Assembly (NCBI GenBank): GCA_026014495.1
Contig: JAOZIF010000150.1
Coordinates: forward strand, 1,131-65,130
DNA from: Candidatus Bathyarchaeum sp.
GTDB taxonomy: Archaea > Thermoproteota > Bathyarchaeia > Bathyarchaeales > Bathyarchaeaceae
Length of the DNA stretch: 64,000 nt
Direction of reading: 5' to 3'
Shown here: positions 1-10,764 of the stretch, piece after piece
Position numbering within the stretch: the first letter of the stretch is position 1
How the letters are laid out: every line of letters begins with the position of its first letter
Notes under the pieces: generated by a model
Databases searched by the model: none
What the model saw: only the letters and a program-made list of their open reading frames with translations
Told to the model about the DNA's origin: nothing
Position numbers and translations under genes: made by a program

Positions 1-1452
1 GACAAATGTAGTGGCAGAATGGTCCGCGAACCTTTTGTTTTGGATGTGTGGCACAACAGCGGCGCCTCGCCATACGCAAGATTCACAGACCAAGAATTCA
101 AAGAACTGGTTCCAACCAACTTCTTAACCGAAGCAGTAGACCAGACACGAGGCTGGGGAAACTCGCTTCTCCTTGAACACGTTATATACACAGGCAAACC
201 CGAAGCCCCATACGAAGAGTTCCTGTTTCAAGGCTTTGTTTTGGACGCCAAAGGCAGAAAAATGAGCAAAAGCCTTGGAAACGTGCTTGAAATCAACAAG
301 CTACTACAAGAACGCTCCGCAGACATCACCAGATTTTACTTCCTGTGGAAATGCTCACCAATAGACTCCATGAACTTTGACCTAAAAGAACTAAGAGGAC
401 GCCCCTACCAAGTACTAAGCACACTGTATCACTTGCACAACTTTTTCATGCAAAACGCAAAATACGACAACTTTGACCCACAAACTCATACACTTACCTG
501 GGCAACACAACAAAACGTCCTAAATGCGCCTGACATGTGGCTTCTTTCTAAACTGCAAAAGCTTGTAAGAGAATACACAAACAAAGCCGAAGAATGCGAA
601 TTCAATTTTGCACTATCCCAACTCGAAGACTATGTCGTCAACATCTTGAGCCGCGAATACGTTCCCATGATCAGAAAAGACCTGTGGAGTGATGACCCAC
701 AAACACTAAACCGAAGACTAGCCGTCTACTCAACCCTGTGGTATACACTAAAAACGTTGGTTCTACTTTCAAACCCAGTAACACCATTCCTAAGCGAAGC
801 ACTATACCAGACAGTCTACAAAGAACTAGACCCTAATCTAGCAGAAACCGTGAACATGGAAAACTGGCCCACACCAGACACAGACCTAGAAGATGACGCC
901 CTAGAAGAAGAATTCGAAATACTACTGCAGACTCTCCCTGTACTATATTCTGCTAGACAAAACGCTCAACTAAAGCGACGCTGGCCCCTAGCAAAAACAA
1001 TTGTTATTGCACCCAAAAAAGCTCAGAGTGCCCTAAAGAAACTGGAAGAACTGTTTCTTGAACTCGCAAACGTGAAAACCGCCGAATACGCTGACACACT
1101 TCCTGAAGTTGACCCTGACCGCTGGGCAACTGCCTCTGAAGATGAATTACAGGTTCTAGTTGACAAAATTCGAGACGATTCTCTTGAAGGCGAAGGTCTA
1201 ATGCGTGACTTGGCCCGCAGAGTTCAAGCACTCCGAAAAGAACTTGGATTCTCACCCACCGACATTGTTGATGCAGTTCACATTGCAGAACTGGAGCCTA
1301 AAGCCATAGAGCTGCTAAAACCATTCATCGATGAAATGGAAGCACTTGTCCGCGCTAAAAAGGTGAACGTTCACGAGCAACAAGTTGAAATCAAAGCTGA
1401 TTGGCACGAAGACAAACTGGACAAGAAAAAAGTGTATGTCGCCGTCGTCTAA
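1..1452 (+). CDS. ileS: Isoleucyl-tRNA synthetase (C-terminal part; 5' end outside window)
   Basis: Frame open from base 1; DQTRGW and KMSKS motifs; archaeal-type C-terminus (EGLMRDLARRVQALRK). Confidence 0.93.
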   Translation, partial: DKCSGRMVREPFVLDVWHNSGASPYARFTDQEFKELVPTNFLTEAVDQTRGWGNSLLLEHVIYTGKPEAPYEEFLFQGFVLDAKGRKMSKSLGNVLEINKLLQERSADITRFYFLWKCSPIDSMNFDLKELRGRPYQVLSTLYHLHNFFMQNAKYDNFDPQTHTLTWATQQNVLNAPDMWLLSKLQKLVREYTNKAEECEFNFALSQLEDYVVNILSREYVPMIRKDLWSDDPQTLNRRLAVYSTLWYTLKTLVLLSNPVTPFLSEALYQTVYKELDPNLAETVNMENWPTPDTDLEDDALEEEFEILLQTLPVLYSARQNAQLKRRWPLAKTIVIAPKKAQSALKKLEELFLELANVKTAEYADTLPEVDPDRWATASEDELQVLVDKIRDDSLEGEGLMRDLARRVQALRKELGFSPTDIVDAVHIAELEPKAIELLKPFIDEMEALVRAKKVNVHEQQVEIKADWHEDKLDKKKVYVAVV

Positions 1453-1486
1453 CACACAAAGCTTGCTACCGTATGTTGTATGTGAA

Positions 1487-2003
1487 CTAGTTCTGTTTGT
1501 GCCCTCGTAATTGTAAAATGTATACTAATCGACTGAAGAGTGTCGCTATTGTGGCAACTACAACGCCGATAGTGACTATGCTGTAAGTTAGCTGTTGCTG
1601 AAAAAGCATTGTGAGCCCAATTCCGCCATACATTAAGCTACCGTAATATTTTCCAACAGGGTCATAGATTGTGCGTTTCAAATACATGTTTGTTAGTATG
1701 AATTGCACAAAAACAAAAACCACAAGAAAAACAATCCACGGCTGATACAAACCTTCAAGAACAAAAACTAGCAACATGCTGGAGACAAAGAGACTGTCGG
1801 CAGTTGCATCAAAGTAAGCGCCTAGCCTTGAGGTTACTTCAAGTTTTTTTGCAATGTAACCATCCAGTAAATCTGTACCCACAGCAAAAACAAACAGAAC
1901 ACATGATACAACATGCATTTCTTTGTTAAATGAGTAAAATGAGAAAAACTAAAGCGACTACACGCAGAGATGTAATTACCCACGGAACTCTATCTTTTTG
2001 CAA
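1487..2003 (-). pseudogene. CDP-alcohol phosphatidyltransferase, frameshifted near 5' end
   Basis: DLLDGYIAKK..G...DATAD motif in 1487..1918; expected N-terminus (LQKDRVPWVITSLRV, TTG at 2003) lies in another frame ending in TAA at 1926; removing one T near 1937 joins the frames. Confidence 0.7.
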
Positions 2004-2556
2004 TGAATAAGTCTCTTCCAGCCTGCTCAGCAATATCCAACGAGTCATCAGTGAAAACAGACACAACCTCTTTGACAGTTCCATTATACTCTTCAACAGT
2101 TTGCTGCATTGATGCTTCTGCGCCTCCATCACTGCCTCCAGACGTGACCAAAAGTACAATATCTATCCCTTGAAGATCACCCACTCTTTCAATATGCCCC
2201 TTGATAGTAAGACTTGGGCTACCTGCGTAAACTGGTGAACCCAAAACCAAAAGGGAATACCCCGACAAATCTGTTGGCGCCTGAGAACTTGCAGTTGTAA
2301 CCTCTACTCTCCAATCATTTTCTACAAGCCCATCCGCAAAGGTATACGTCACATCTTTCATGAATGATGACAAACCCGGATGATAAATAATCAACGCAGT
2401 TTTTGAGCCATCAGCATTCAAAACATCAATTCCGCTGACATAATCGCTGTTTATTTTGAACAAAACAAACCCTAAAACAGCTGCAACAACTATAACAAAA
2501 ACAAGTATGGCAATTAACAGAATTTTTTTCCATCTCTTTTGTGGCAAAAATCTCAT
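1990..2556 (-). CDS. Membrane-anchored flavodoxin-like protein
   Basis: N-terminal TM helix, then flavodoxin-type motif LLVLGSPVYAG; start taken at MRFL. Confidence 0.7.
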   Translation of the reverse strand: MRFLPQKRWKKILLIAILVFVIVVAAVLGFVLFKINSDYVSGIDVLNADGSKTALIIYHPGLSSFMKDVTYTFADGLVENDWRVEVTTASSQAPTDLSGYSLLVLGSPVYAGSPSLTIKGHIERVGDLQGIDIVLLVTSGGSDGGAEASMQQTVEEYNGTVKEVVSVFTDDSLDIAEQAGRDLFIAKR

Positions 2557-2645
2557 ATCAACACGCACCCACAATCGACATGACATGATAAAAATACTTA
2601 ACTATATTAGTTTTTAGCGACAACTCAAAGACAGGAGAGATACAG

Positions 2646-3605
2646 GTGCCCACTAAAATCAAGTTTGGCGTGTTCCTTCCATTTTATGTTTTCAAAACAG
2701 AAAAAATGACCCAACACCTGTTTAATCAACTCCGAGACGTTGCCCTCGAATGCGAAAAACTAGGATACCACTCAGTTTGGCTAGACGACCACTTAATGCT
2801 AAAAAAAACGTCCATTCTAGAATGCTGGACAACACTTTCAGCACTCTCAACAGTAACCAAAAAGATAAGACTGGGCACAATGGTAACCTGCAACTCCTTT
2901 AGAAACCCTGCGTTGCTCGCTAAAATGGCTGCAACTCTAGACAACATATCAAATGGACGACTAGAACTTGGAATTGGAGCAGGAGTTCAACAGAGCGAGC
3001 ATAACGCATATGGATTCCCTTTTCCTTCAGCAAAAACTAGGATAGAACGTTTGAATGAGGCAGTGCAAATCATAAAGAACATGTGGACACAAGAAAAAAC
3101 AAGCTACAACGGCAAACATTACCGCATAAAAGACGCGGTTTGTAAACCAAAACCCGTACAAAAGCCCCATCCACCAATAGTCATATGCGGCGGAGGCGAA
3201 AAGCTAACATTAAAAGTGACCGCTCAGCACGCAAACAGGTATGACTGGGGCTATCTTAAATCATTTGAAGATTACAAGCGTAAACTGGATGTTTTGAAAA
3301 AACATTGTAACGCAGTAGACAGACGTTTTGATGAAATCGAGAAGTCATGCTGGCCTGCAGGACAAACATTCATTGGAGACGACAAACAGGAGTTGGAACA
3401 AAAAGTTATGCAATGGGTGCCTGAAGGTGTTAGTTTGGACGATTTTGTGAAAACAAACTTTGTAGGAACTCCAAAAGATTACATACAAAACATACGTCCA
3501 TACATGAATCTGGGTGTGACCCAGTTTATGCTGTTTTTTGGTGATCTTCCTGATTTAACTGGATTGAAGATTTTTGCCAAGAACGTAATTCCTGTTATAA
3601 CCTAA
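2646..3605 (+). CDS. LLM-class (probably F420-dependent) oxidoreductase
   Basis: SVWLDDH, RNPALLAKMAATLD.ISNGRLELGIGAG, PKPVQKPHPPI motifs. Confidence 0.88.
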   Translation: MPTKIKFGVFLPFYVFKTEKMTQHLFNQLRDVALECEKLGYHSVWLDDHLMLKKTSILECWTTLSALSTVTKKIRLGTMVTCNSFRNPALLAKMAATLDNISNGRLELGIGAGVQQSEHNAYGFPFPSAKTRIERLNEAVQIIKNMWTQEKTSYNGKHYRIKDAVCKPKPVQKPHPPIVICGGGEKLTLKVTAQHANRYDWGYLKSFEDYKRKLDVLKKHCNAVDRRFDEIEKSCWPAGQTFIGDDKQELEQKVMQWVPEGVSLDDFVKTNFVGTPKDYIQNIRPYMNLGVTQFMLFFGDLPDLTGLKIFAKNVIPVIT

Positions 3606-3651
3606 CCAAAGCACATTTTGTATTTTTTTAGCTTGACGCCTAAAACGCTGA

Positions 3652-4704
3652 CTATATTGGAACTACTGAAAGGATAAAAACGCCAACAAGTACAACTGCG
3701 CCAATTTTTCTTTTAGTTGTAAGTTCCGAAACATCGTCTAAAGGACCTGGATGCCTAGCCGCAGAGAAAAACAAAGCTAAGATAGCCATTGTCCACCATC
3801 CAATAAGCGCCAACAAAATAATGCCTGCATACGAAACAAGCTGGTGTTTCTTTTCCCCCAGTACGCTTCGAGCAACATGACCCCCATCAAACATGCCTGA
3901 AGGAACCAAGTTAAGCATTGTTACTATCATTCCAACCCAACCTGCAACAGCAACTGGGTGCAATACTACCACTTCACCTACCCCGCCAGGCGGAAACAGC
4001 ATTAATATAAATTGGAATAGAAGCGGCACTGAGAGGTATGCTCCTTCAGGGTCTGCTGGACCATATGTGGATAGCTGGATTCCTATTGCTGTTACTATTG
4101 CTGCGATTATGAAGCCTGTTATTGGTCCTGTGAATCCTATGTCAAATAGGGCGTCCTTGTTTGGGGGAAGTGCTTTTTGTTTGATGAGTGCTCCAAACGT
4201 GCCGATGCCATAAGGATACGGAATGCCTGGAATGAAATATGGGTATGTAGCATCTACATCATGTTTGTCTGCAAGTAGTTTGTGTCCCATTTCATGAGTG
4301 CCCAGTATTAGCATAATTGCTCCCGTGAATAGTGACGCACCTAAAATGTCCGATTCTGCTAGGACATATCCTGAGATAAAGACTGTTACAAGTGTTGCAC
4401 AAAACAATGCAACGTTTACTATTTTTTTATCAGGTTTTATGGAAGGTTTTGTTATTATTCTAAGCACATTTTTTTCGTTTTTTTGTCTTAGAATTGGTAC
4501 GAGTTCCAGTGAATCTAATTTATTCACAAGTCTCAGGAAAGCTTCTTTTGAATCTTCACGGTATTTCACATTGAATGTTGGAACTCCATGTTCCACAAAG
4601 CTTTCTTCTACATCAAATTCTGCTTCAACCATGTCTTGAACTTCTTCAAAAGATGGCACTCCAACAGAGTTAGTGGAGTTATCGTCTGAAGATGCACAGC
4701 ACAT
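3652..4704 (-). CDS. Site-2 protease (M50) family membrane metalloprotease
   Basis: HEMGH and NLVP...DGGH motifs, multiple TM segments. Confidence 0.9.
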   Translation of the reverse strand: MCCASSDDNSTNSVGVPSFEEVQDMVEAEFDVEESFVEHGVPTFNVKYREDSKEAFLRLVNKLDSLELVPILRQKNEKNVLRIITKPSIKPDKKIVNVALFCATLVTVFISGYVLAESDILGASLFTGAIMLILGTHEMGHKLLADKHDVDATYPYFIPGIPYPYGIGTFGALIKQKALPPNKDALFDIGFTGPITGFIIAAIVTAIGIQLSTYGPADPEGAYLSVPLLFQFILMLFPPGGVGEVVVLHPVAVAGWVGMIVTMLNLVPSGMFDGGHVARSVLGEKKHQLVSYAGIILLALIGWWTMAILALFFSAARHPGPLDDVSELTTKRKIGAVVLVGVFILSVVPI

Positions 4705-4919
4705 GGTAACCTTGTATTGGAGTCGTCCAGAACTATTAGAATGTTATGTAAACTAGTCTTTGGCTCAAGATTTTTGGTGTCATGTAATGCTAATAGTGAC
4801 CAATTTTTTGGTGTGCACACAACTTTTTGGTGGTGCATTGTTTTTGTTTTCTTTGTTTTAGTGTGACCAAAAACTCTTTATAACAGCGTTATAGAAACAT
4901 AAGAGCAAACAACTAAACG

Positions 4920-5930
4920 GTGACACAAGTGACTGCAAACAACATCCTAGACCGCATCGGAAACACGCCACTTGTAAGAATAAACAATCTAAACCCAAAC
5001 CCCAAGTTTGACCTGTTCGTTAAACTTGAAAAATTTAACCCAGGCGGCTCAGTCAAGGACCGCATAACAAAATACATGATAGAAACCGCAGAAAACAACG
5101 GACAACTAAAAAAAGGAATGACAGTCATTGAAGCCACCAGCGGCAACACAGGCATAGGTCTCGCTTTGGTTTGCCGTGTAAAAGGATATGACCTAGCCCT
5201 TGTAATGCCCGACACCATGACCAGAGAAAGACGCCAGATACTCTTAGCCTTAGGCGCCAAAGTTATACTAAGTGAAGGAAAAAATGGAATGGACGGCGCC
5301 CAAGATGTAGCGCATGAAATTGCAGCCAAAGACCCAAAAAAATACTTTATACCCAACCAATTTGCAAATCAAGCCAACGTTCTTGCACACTACGAAACTA
5401 CTGCAGAAGAAATTTGGAGAGACACACAAGGTAAAGTCACACATTTTGTTGCCGGCATCGGCACTGGCGGTACTTTGATGGGTGTGTCGTGCAGACTAAA
5501 AGAATTAAACCCCGACATCAAAGTGATTGGGGTTCAACCAGAAGCAGGTAAATCAATTCAAGGATTGAAAAATCTGCAGACCCAGTATGTTCCAGCCATA
5601 TGGAAACCTGAATTGGTGGATGAAATCTACACTGTTTCTCCAATTGATGCTGAAGAGTCGGCGCGATTGTTGGCGCTTCAAGAAGGTTTGTTTGTAGGTA
5701 CGAGTTCCGGAGCGATTTTTTACATGGCTACAAAGAAGGCACAGGAGCTTGATGGCGGCGTTATGGTTGCGATAGCTCCAGATGGAGGAGAAAAATACCT
5801 TAGTACCTCTTTGTGTGACCCAGCTTTATGCGTAGAAGCTGTCAACAAGTTTGGAATTCAGTGCTCCTACAAGGACGGACAACCTGTAACAAAAGCTGCA
5901 ACTGCTGCTCTAAAATATGATTCGCTCTAA
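4920..5930 (+). CDS. Cysteine synthase family (CysK/CysM) PLP enzyme
   Basis: NPGGSVKDR, EATSGNTG, GIGTGGT motifs. Confidence 0.9.
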   Translation: MTQVTANNILDRIGNTPLVRINNLNPNPKFDLFVKLEKFNPGGSVKDRITKYMIETAENNGQLKKGMTVIEATSGNTGIGLALVCRVKGYDLALVMPDTMTRERRQILLALGAKVILSEGKNGMDGAQDVAHEIAAKDPKKYFIPNQFANQANVLAHYETTAEEIWRDTQGKVTHFVAGIGTGGTLMGVSCRLKELNPDIKVIGVQPEAGKSIQGLKNLQTQYVPAIWKPELVDEIYTVSPIDAEESARLLALQEGLFVGTSSGAIFYMATKKAQELDGGVMVAIAPDGGEKYLSTSLCDPALCVEAVNKFGIQCSYKDGQPVTKAATAALKYDSL

Positions 5931-5963
5931 AACAATGACGATTATTGTGTAGCATTTTGTTCT

Positions 5964-7307
5964 TCATTTTATCCACATTTTTCTTAATCCCCATCTGGCG
6001 ACCTTTGGGATTCTTTGTTTTAATGGGAGCCACTTGATACTTTCAATTCTTAACTTCTGAAGCTGTTTATTCAAGTATTTGTAATCTAGACCCAAAATTT
6101 TCGGTTCAGTTGCGTTACGTGAACCCAAAAAAGCAGGGTCATCATTTAGCAGTAACTTGTTTTTCTGACAGTAATCATACATGTGTGTCCCTTGTATTGG
6201 CGTGTAAAAACTTGGACTATGATAAAATGGTTTAAGCTCTTTTATTTTATTGATGGTTTCTAATGTCTCTTCTTTTGTTTCTGTAGGCAAACCAAACATG
6301 AGGTTAGCCCCAACTTTGATTCCCATTTTTTTACAAATCTGTATTGCTTCAATATTTTGTTCAACTGTAGTGCCCTTGTTCATGAAATCTAGTAATCGTT
6401 GATTAAAACTCTCTATTCCCATAACAACCAGCCATAAACCAACATCACGTAGCCGCTTTACTAAATCAGGATGTTTAACAACAAAATCTGCCCTAGTTTG
6501 ACAACTAAACGGACGCTTCACGCCTTCATAGCTGTCACAGAAATCTTTAATGTAGCTTGGATTAACAGTAAACGAATCATCATCAATCATTAACATTTTG
6601 TAGTTGTAATGGTCACGCAAATGAATAATTTCTTTCATCAAATTTTCTACACTGCGCATCCTGAATCTACCAAAAATCATGTCTTCTCCGGGTTTGCAAA
6701 AACCACAGGAAAAAGGGCATCCTCTTCCTGACATCACGTTTACGAATGGGCTGGGATAAAACGTGTGCTTGGTAGATAAAACCTTGTTCATGTTAAAAAT
6801 TTCTCGGTCCTCTATTGGAAGACTGTTTAAATCTGAAGGTTCACCCTTGATTACTTTTTGGTCATTAGTGAACTTTTGTTCTTCTACAAACTCTGGAAAT
6901 GTTTTTTCTCCCTCGCCAACAAACACAAAATCAAAATCCGTGTTTTCTGCAACCTGCTCAGGACATATAGATGCATGAGGTCCACCAACAACAGATGGTA
7001 CACCAAGTTTCTTTGCAAACGTAGCAATTTTGGCGGCTTCATGAAAATCTAGAGTAGACATTTGAACCGCAAAAACGTCAGCATTTGACAACCGCATTTT
7101 AGTAAAAACATCGTCCCAGCCTGAACATTCTCGTAAGTCAATCATGCTGACAGTGTGACCTCTGGATTTTAAGACTGCACTTAAACTGGTGAAACCGTGA
7201 TTTACGTAAATGTTTGACGGGTGTTTACCTAACTTGTTGAAGCCTCCAAACCATCTTATCGATGGATAAACTAGAGTAACCTTGCTTTTGCTGTTTGCTT
7301 GGCTCAA
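5964..7307 (-). CDS. Cobalamin-binding radical SAM protein
   Basis: N-terminal B12-binding-type GGPHAS / GEGE motifs; CPFSCGFC (CxxxCxxC). Confidence 0.88.
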   Translation of the reverse strand: MSQANSKSKVTLVYPSIRWFGGFNKLGKHPSNIYVNHGFTSLSAVLKSRGHTVSMIDLRECSGWDDVFTKMRLSNADVFAVQMSTLDFHEAAKIATFAKKLGVPSVVGGPHASICPEQVAENTDFDFVFVGEGEKTFPEFVEEQKFTNDQKVIKGEPSDLNSLPIEDREIFNMNKVLSTKHTFYPSPFVNVMSGRGCPFSCGFCKPGEDMIFGRFRMRSVENLMKEIIHLRDHYNYKMLMIDDDSFTVNPSYIKDFCDSYEGVKRPFSCQTRADFVVKHPDLVKRLRDVGLWLVVMGIESFNQRLLDFMNKGTTVEQNIEAIQICKKMGIKVGANLMFGLPTETKEETLETINKIKELKPFYHSPSFYTPIQGTHMYDYCQKNKLLLNDDPAFLGSRNATEPKILGLDYKYLNKQLQKLRIESIKWLPLKQRIPKVARWGLRKMWIK

Positions 7308-7310
7308 CTT

Positions 7311-7403
7311 TTACTCCCCCTTTCTTGTTGCCAAAAACCAGATGATGCTGGTCGAAAACTTTTGACCTTTTGTATTAACCATTTTTTTGTCACGCGAGTT
7401 CAC
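7311..7403 (-). CDS. Putative 30-aa peptide MNSRDKKMVNTKGQKFSTSIIWFLATRKGE
   Basis: GTG start preceded by AAGGGGGA; stop 3 nt before the radical SAM start. Confidence 0.3.
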   Translation of the reverse strand: MNSRDKKMVNTKGQKFSTSIIWFLATRKGE

Positions 7404-7759
7404 CTTGTCCCCCTTCTTTGCGAACTGCGTTTGTAATTTAGTGTGTCTTACTTGAGACGTACACTTTCATATTATTTTCTTATGCAAAAATTAATGGTCT
7501 ATTTTGCATTGTTATGCATTTTATTTGCCTTGTTTATTTCTAAATGCTAATAATGTCCGCAAATTTACTATTGACTATTTTTTACCTCACCTAGGCTATC
7601 TGCTCTTTGTGATATGCACGATGCATGTTCTATTCAAATTTGACATAGCCGACCAGTTGACTTGTGGATAAAGGTTATTAGATGATGGGCGATAACTTTC
7701 TTTCATGTCCCTGTGTAGTTATAAAATCAGGTAGCAATTCAGGGACAGTCATTCTATGG

Positions 7760-8923
7760 ATGGTGACCAAAATTAGTCAAAAAATTTCTGGCGTAGAATA
7801 TGTCGAACGAATCAATGACAATCTTCTAAAAATGACTGCAAAGAGCCTACTTCCCTTGTATGAAGAATTGAAAGCCGCTGACTGCATTGTATGTGGAGGC
7901 TCAGGACGCTCCTTGCATTCTTTGAACATAGCCATGAGCCAAATAGCCATGATGAAAGAACCCAAAGTGGTTATCACCAGAGAAGACGTTGGTTTTCCAG
8001 GAAGAGGAATGCTTGACGCCGCTTCACAACTCGAAAAAAGACACAAAAAAATTGTTCTTCTCATAAATTCTGGGAGCGGCGAATCCGATGATCCTAGGCA
8101 TCTTGCTGAAGAGCTGGAAAAATATCTAGAAAAAACTGGCAGCACCAAATTTACTATGGGGCTGATAACTTCTAATTCTAGGTCTTCGATTGCAAAAATT
8201 GTTCAGAAGCACGGTCATGTAGTTACTGTTGAGGGTCGAATAAAACAGCAGTTACCCTCATCTGATGCTTACAGTCAAACAGGAATAATGGGTGACCTCT
8301 TTGAACTTGGTAGCTTATTTTTGTTACAAATGATTACTGAAGCAATATCCGAAAGGGCTTCTGTAGACAGAGTTATTGAACTTATAGCTGAGGAAGCGCC
8401 AGTTTTACGGGAAATAACTGAACGTGCAGTTGAGTCTGAAGCCACAAAAGCGGTGCTAGACATTCTTGAGAGACGCAGTGACGTTTTCTTGGGAGGTCGC
8501 GGAACAGCTGAAGAAGTTGCTAAGATGACTGCTGTGCGCCTGTTTCACATCAAAAAATTTCTTGGAGACGACATTTACATTGCCCGTGGAGTTAACACTC
8601 CTCATCCAAGAGCTGGAGATCTAGAAATCTTAATTTCTTACTCAGGGACAACCAAGCCTGTTGTTGGATGGTGTAACAGATTTAGGGGCTTGGGGGGAAC
8701 TGTTCTTTCCATTGTTGGACGCAAAGAAACAAATCTTGAAATAAATTCTGATTTGAAGATTCTTCTTGAGGAAACAGTTGAGCATGGGAAGCCACGCAGA
8801 TTCTACATGCGGGCAGCCTATGTGCTCAGTTGTCTACCAATTCTGTTAACCGCAAGGTTGAGCCTGAAAGGTCTGATTCTGCCCGAGTACATATTCAAAT
8901 GGTATCATAGCGTAATCGAGTAA
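7760..8923 (+). CDS. Tandem SIS-domain sugar-phosphate isomerase-like protein (Phi-like)
   Basis: Two SIS-like halves: GSGRS...SGSGE..MGDLFE and GRGT...SYSGTT; start uncertain (ORF open from 7682). Confidence 0.7.
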   Translation: MVTKISQKISGVEYVERINDNLLKMTAKSLLPLYEELKAADCIVCGGSGRSLHSLNIAMSQIAMMKEPKVVITREDVGFPGRGMLDAASQLEKRHKKIVLLINSGSGESDDPRHLAEELEKYLEKTGSTKFTMGLITSNSRSSIAKIVQKHGHVVTVEGRIKQQLPSSDAYSQTGIMGDLFELGSLFLLQMITEAISERASVDRVIELIAEEAPVLREITERAVESEATKAVLDILERRSDVFLGGRGTAEEVAKMTAVRLFHIKKFLGDDIYIARGVNTPHPRAGDLEILISYSGTTKPVVGWCNRFRGLGGTVLSIVGRKETNLEINSDLKILLEETVEHGKPRRFYMRAAYVLSCLPILLTARLSLKGLILPEYIFKWYHSVIE

Positions 8924-8960
8924 CCTGAAAAGGTTAATTACGTCAATAACTGGGGACTAA

Positions 8961-10619
8961 TTATGCACTTTTTAAGGTGCTTCCTTTGTGTGCAGGTTGA
9001 ACCATCTGGGAATAGCGCGCCAAGTAACCTGTTTTAACGCTTGGTTCTTTTGCAGTCCAAGACTTTGCCCGTTTAGCAAGTTCTTCATTGCTTAGTTTCA
9101 CGTTTAGCTTTCTGTTAGGAACATCAATTTCTATTATGTCGCCGTCCTTTACCAGTCCTATCGGACCACCTGTAGCGGCTTCGGGAGAAACATGTCCAAT
9201 GCATGGTCCTCTGGTTGCTCCAGAAAATCGTCCATCAGTAATCAGAGCAACTGATTCGCTCAAGCCCATGCCCGCTATAGATGCTGTAGGCGATAGCATC
9301 TCTCGCATTCCTGGTCCTCCTTTTGGGCCTTCGTAGCGGATAACAACTACATCTCCTTTTTTGATTTGCTTGTTTAATATAGCATTCATTGCGTCTTCTT
9401 CTGAGTCAAAGGTTTTTGCCGGACCACTATGTAACATCATGTTAGCTGATATTCCTGCTGCCTTCACTACTGCCCCATCTGCTGCTAAGTTTCCAAATAA
9501 AACGGCTATGCCGCCTTCTTTGTGGACGGGATTGTCTAATGGGCGAATTACTTCAGGATTATTGACGACTGCTGAGGCGATGTTTTCTTTGACTGTTTTT
9601 CCTGTTACTGTAGTTGAGTCAAGATGAAGCAAATCCTTTAGCACTTTCATTACTGCTGGGATTCCTCCTGCCTCGTTTAGGTCTTGCATGTCGTAGGGTC
9701 CGCTTGGAATCATGCTTGTAATGTGTGAAACCCGTTTACTCAACTGGTCAAAGAGCGCTAATGGTAATGTTACTCCTGCTTCGTTTGCAATTGCAGTAAC
9801 ATGCAATACAGTATTTGTTGAGCCGCCAAGAGCCATATCTACCATTATGGCATTCTCAAAAGAGTTAGATGTCATTATTTCTCTTGGTTTCAAGTCTTCT
9901 TTTACTAGCCCAACAATTCGTTCTCCTGTTGCCTTGGCAATTCTCATCCGTTGTGCACTAACAGCGGCAGGAGTAGCACACCCAGGCAAAGACATGCCCA
10001 GAGCCTCAGTTACACATGCCATAGTGTTAGCTGTGAACAAGCCATTGCATGACCCGCAGGTAGGACACGCAACATCTTCAAGGCACTTTAATTCTTCTTC
10101 AGTCATTTTGCCAGCTGCAACTTTGCCTATGGCTTCAAACATCGAGTCTGTTCCTACTTTCTTTCCTTTGTAGGTGCCTGATAGCATTGGACCGCCTGTG
10201 ACCATTATTGCGGGTATGTTGAGTCGGGCTGCCGCCATCAGCATTCCGGGAGTTATTTTGTCGCATGTGGTAATCATGACTATGCCGTCGAATCTGTGAG
10301 CTAAAACCATTGATTCGACAGAGTCTGCGATTAGTTCTCGGGAAGGTAGGGAATAGCGCATTCCGTTGTGGCCCATGGCTATTCCGTCGCAGATGCCTAT
10401 TGTGTTGAATTCGAAAGGAACACCGCCTGCGCTAATTATGCCTGCTGTTACTGCTTCGGCGACCTGTTTTAGGTGAACGTGTCCGGGGACTACGTTTGTG
10501 TAGCTGTTCACTACGCCGATGAATGGTTTATTGATGTCCTTGTCTGAGAGTCCTAGTGCTTTTAGTAGGGCACGGTGAGGGGCTCTTTGAAAACCAACTT
10601 TTACTGCATCGCTTCTCAT
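8961..10619 (-). CDS. ilvD: Dihydroxy-acid dehydratase
   Basis: [35 protein letters not shown] motifs. Confidence 0.97.
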   Translation of the reverse strand: MRSDAVKVGFQRAPHRALLKALGLSDKDINKPFIGVVNSYTNVVPGHVHLKQVAEAVTAGIISAGGVPFEFNTIGICDGIAMGHNGMRYSLPSRELIADSVESMVLAHRFDGIVMITTCDKITPGMLMAAARLNIPAIMVTGGPMLSGTYKGKKVGTDSMFEAIGKVAAGKMTEEELKCLEDVACPTCGSCNGLFTANTMACVTEALGMSLPGCATPAAVSAQRMRIAKATGERIVGLVKEDLKPREIMTSNSFENAIMVDMALGGSTNTVLHVTAIANEAGVTLPLALFDQLSKRVSHITSMIPSGPYDMQDLNEAGGIPAVMKVLKDLLHLDSTTVTGKTVKENIASAVVNNPEVIRPLDNPVHKEGGIAVLFGNLAADGAVVKAAGISANMMLHSGPAKTFDSEEDAMNAILNKQIKKGDVVVIRYEGPKGGPGMREMLSPTASIAGMGLSESVALITDGRFSGATRGPCIGHVSPEAATGGPIGLVKDGDIIEIDVPNRKLNVKLSNEELAKRAKSWTAKEPSVKTGYLARYSQMVQPAHKGSTLKSA

Positions 10620-10764
10620 TTTTTATTCCTCTGAACCTTGGTTAAATAAGAAATGCTGATTCTGTTAAATGTTTTGACCCAACAAAAAAGGCGCTTATGT
10701 GTTTAACGGGACTATGCTGTGAATTTGTACATGGAAACTTTTAAAGAAAAACTACGTATTTCTG

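Noticed and set aside
4726-4756. TTATGTAAACT resembling a XerD arm
   Set aside because: No matching second arm and no match to the repeat core; likely chance in AT-rich DNA.
7350-7367. GGTCGAAAACTTTTGACC as another GTCAAG-N4-CTTGAC site
   Set aside because: Only about 11 of 16 positions match; insufficient support.
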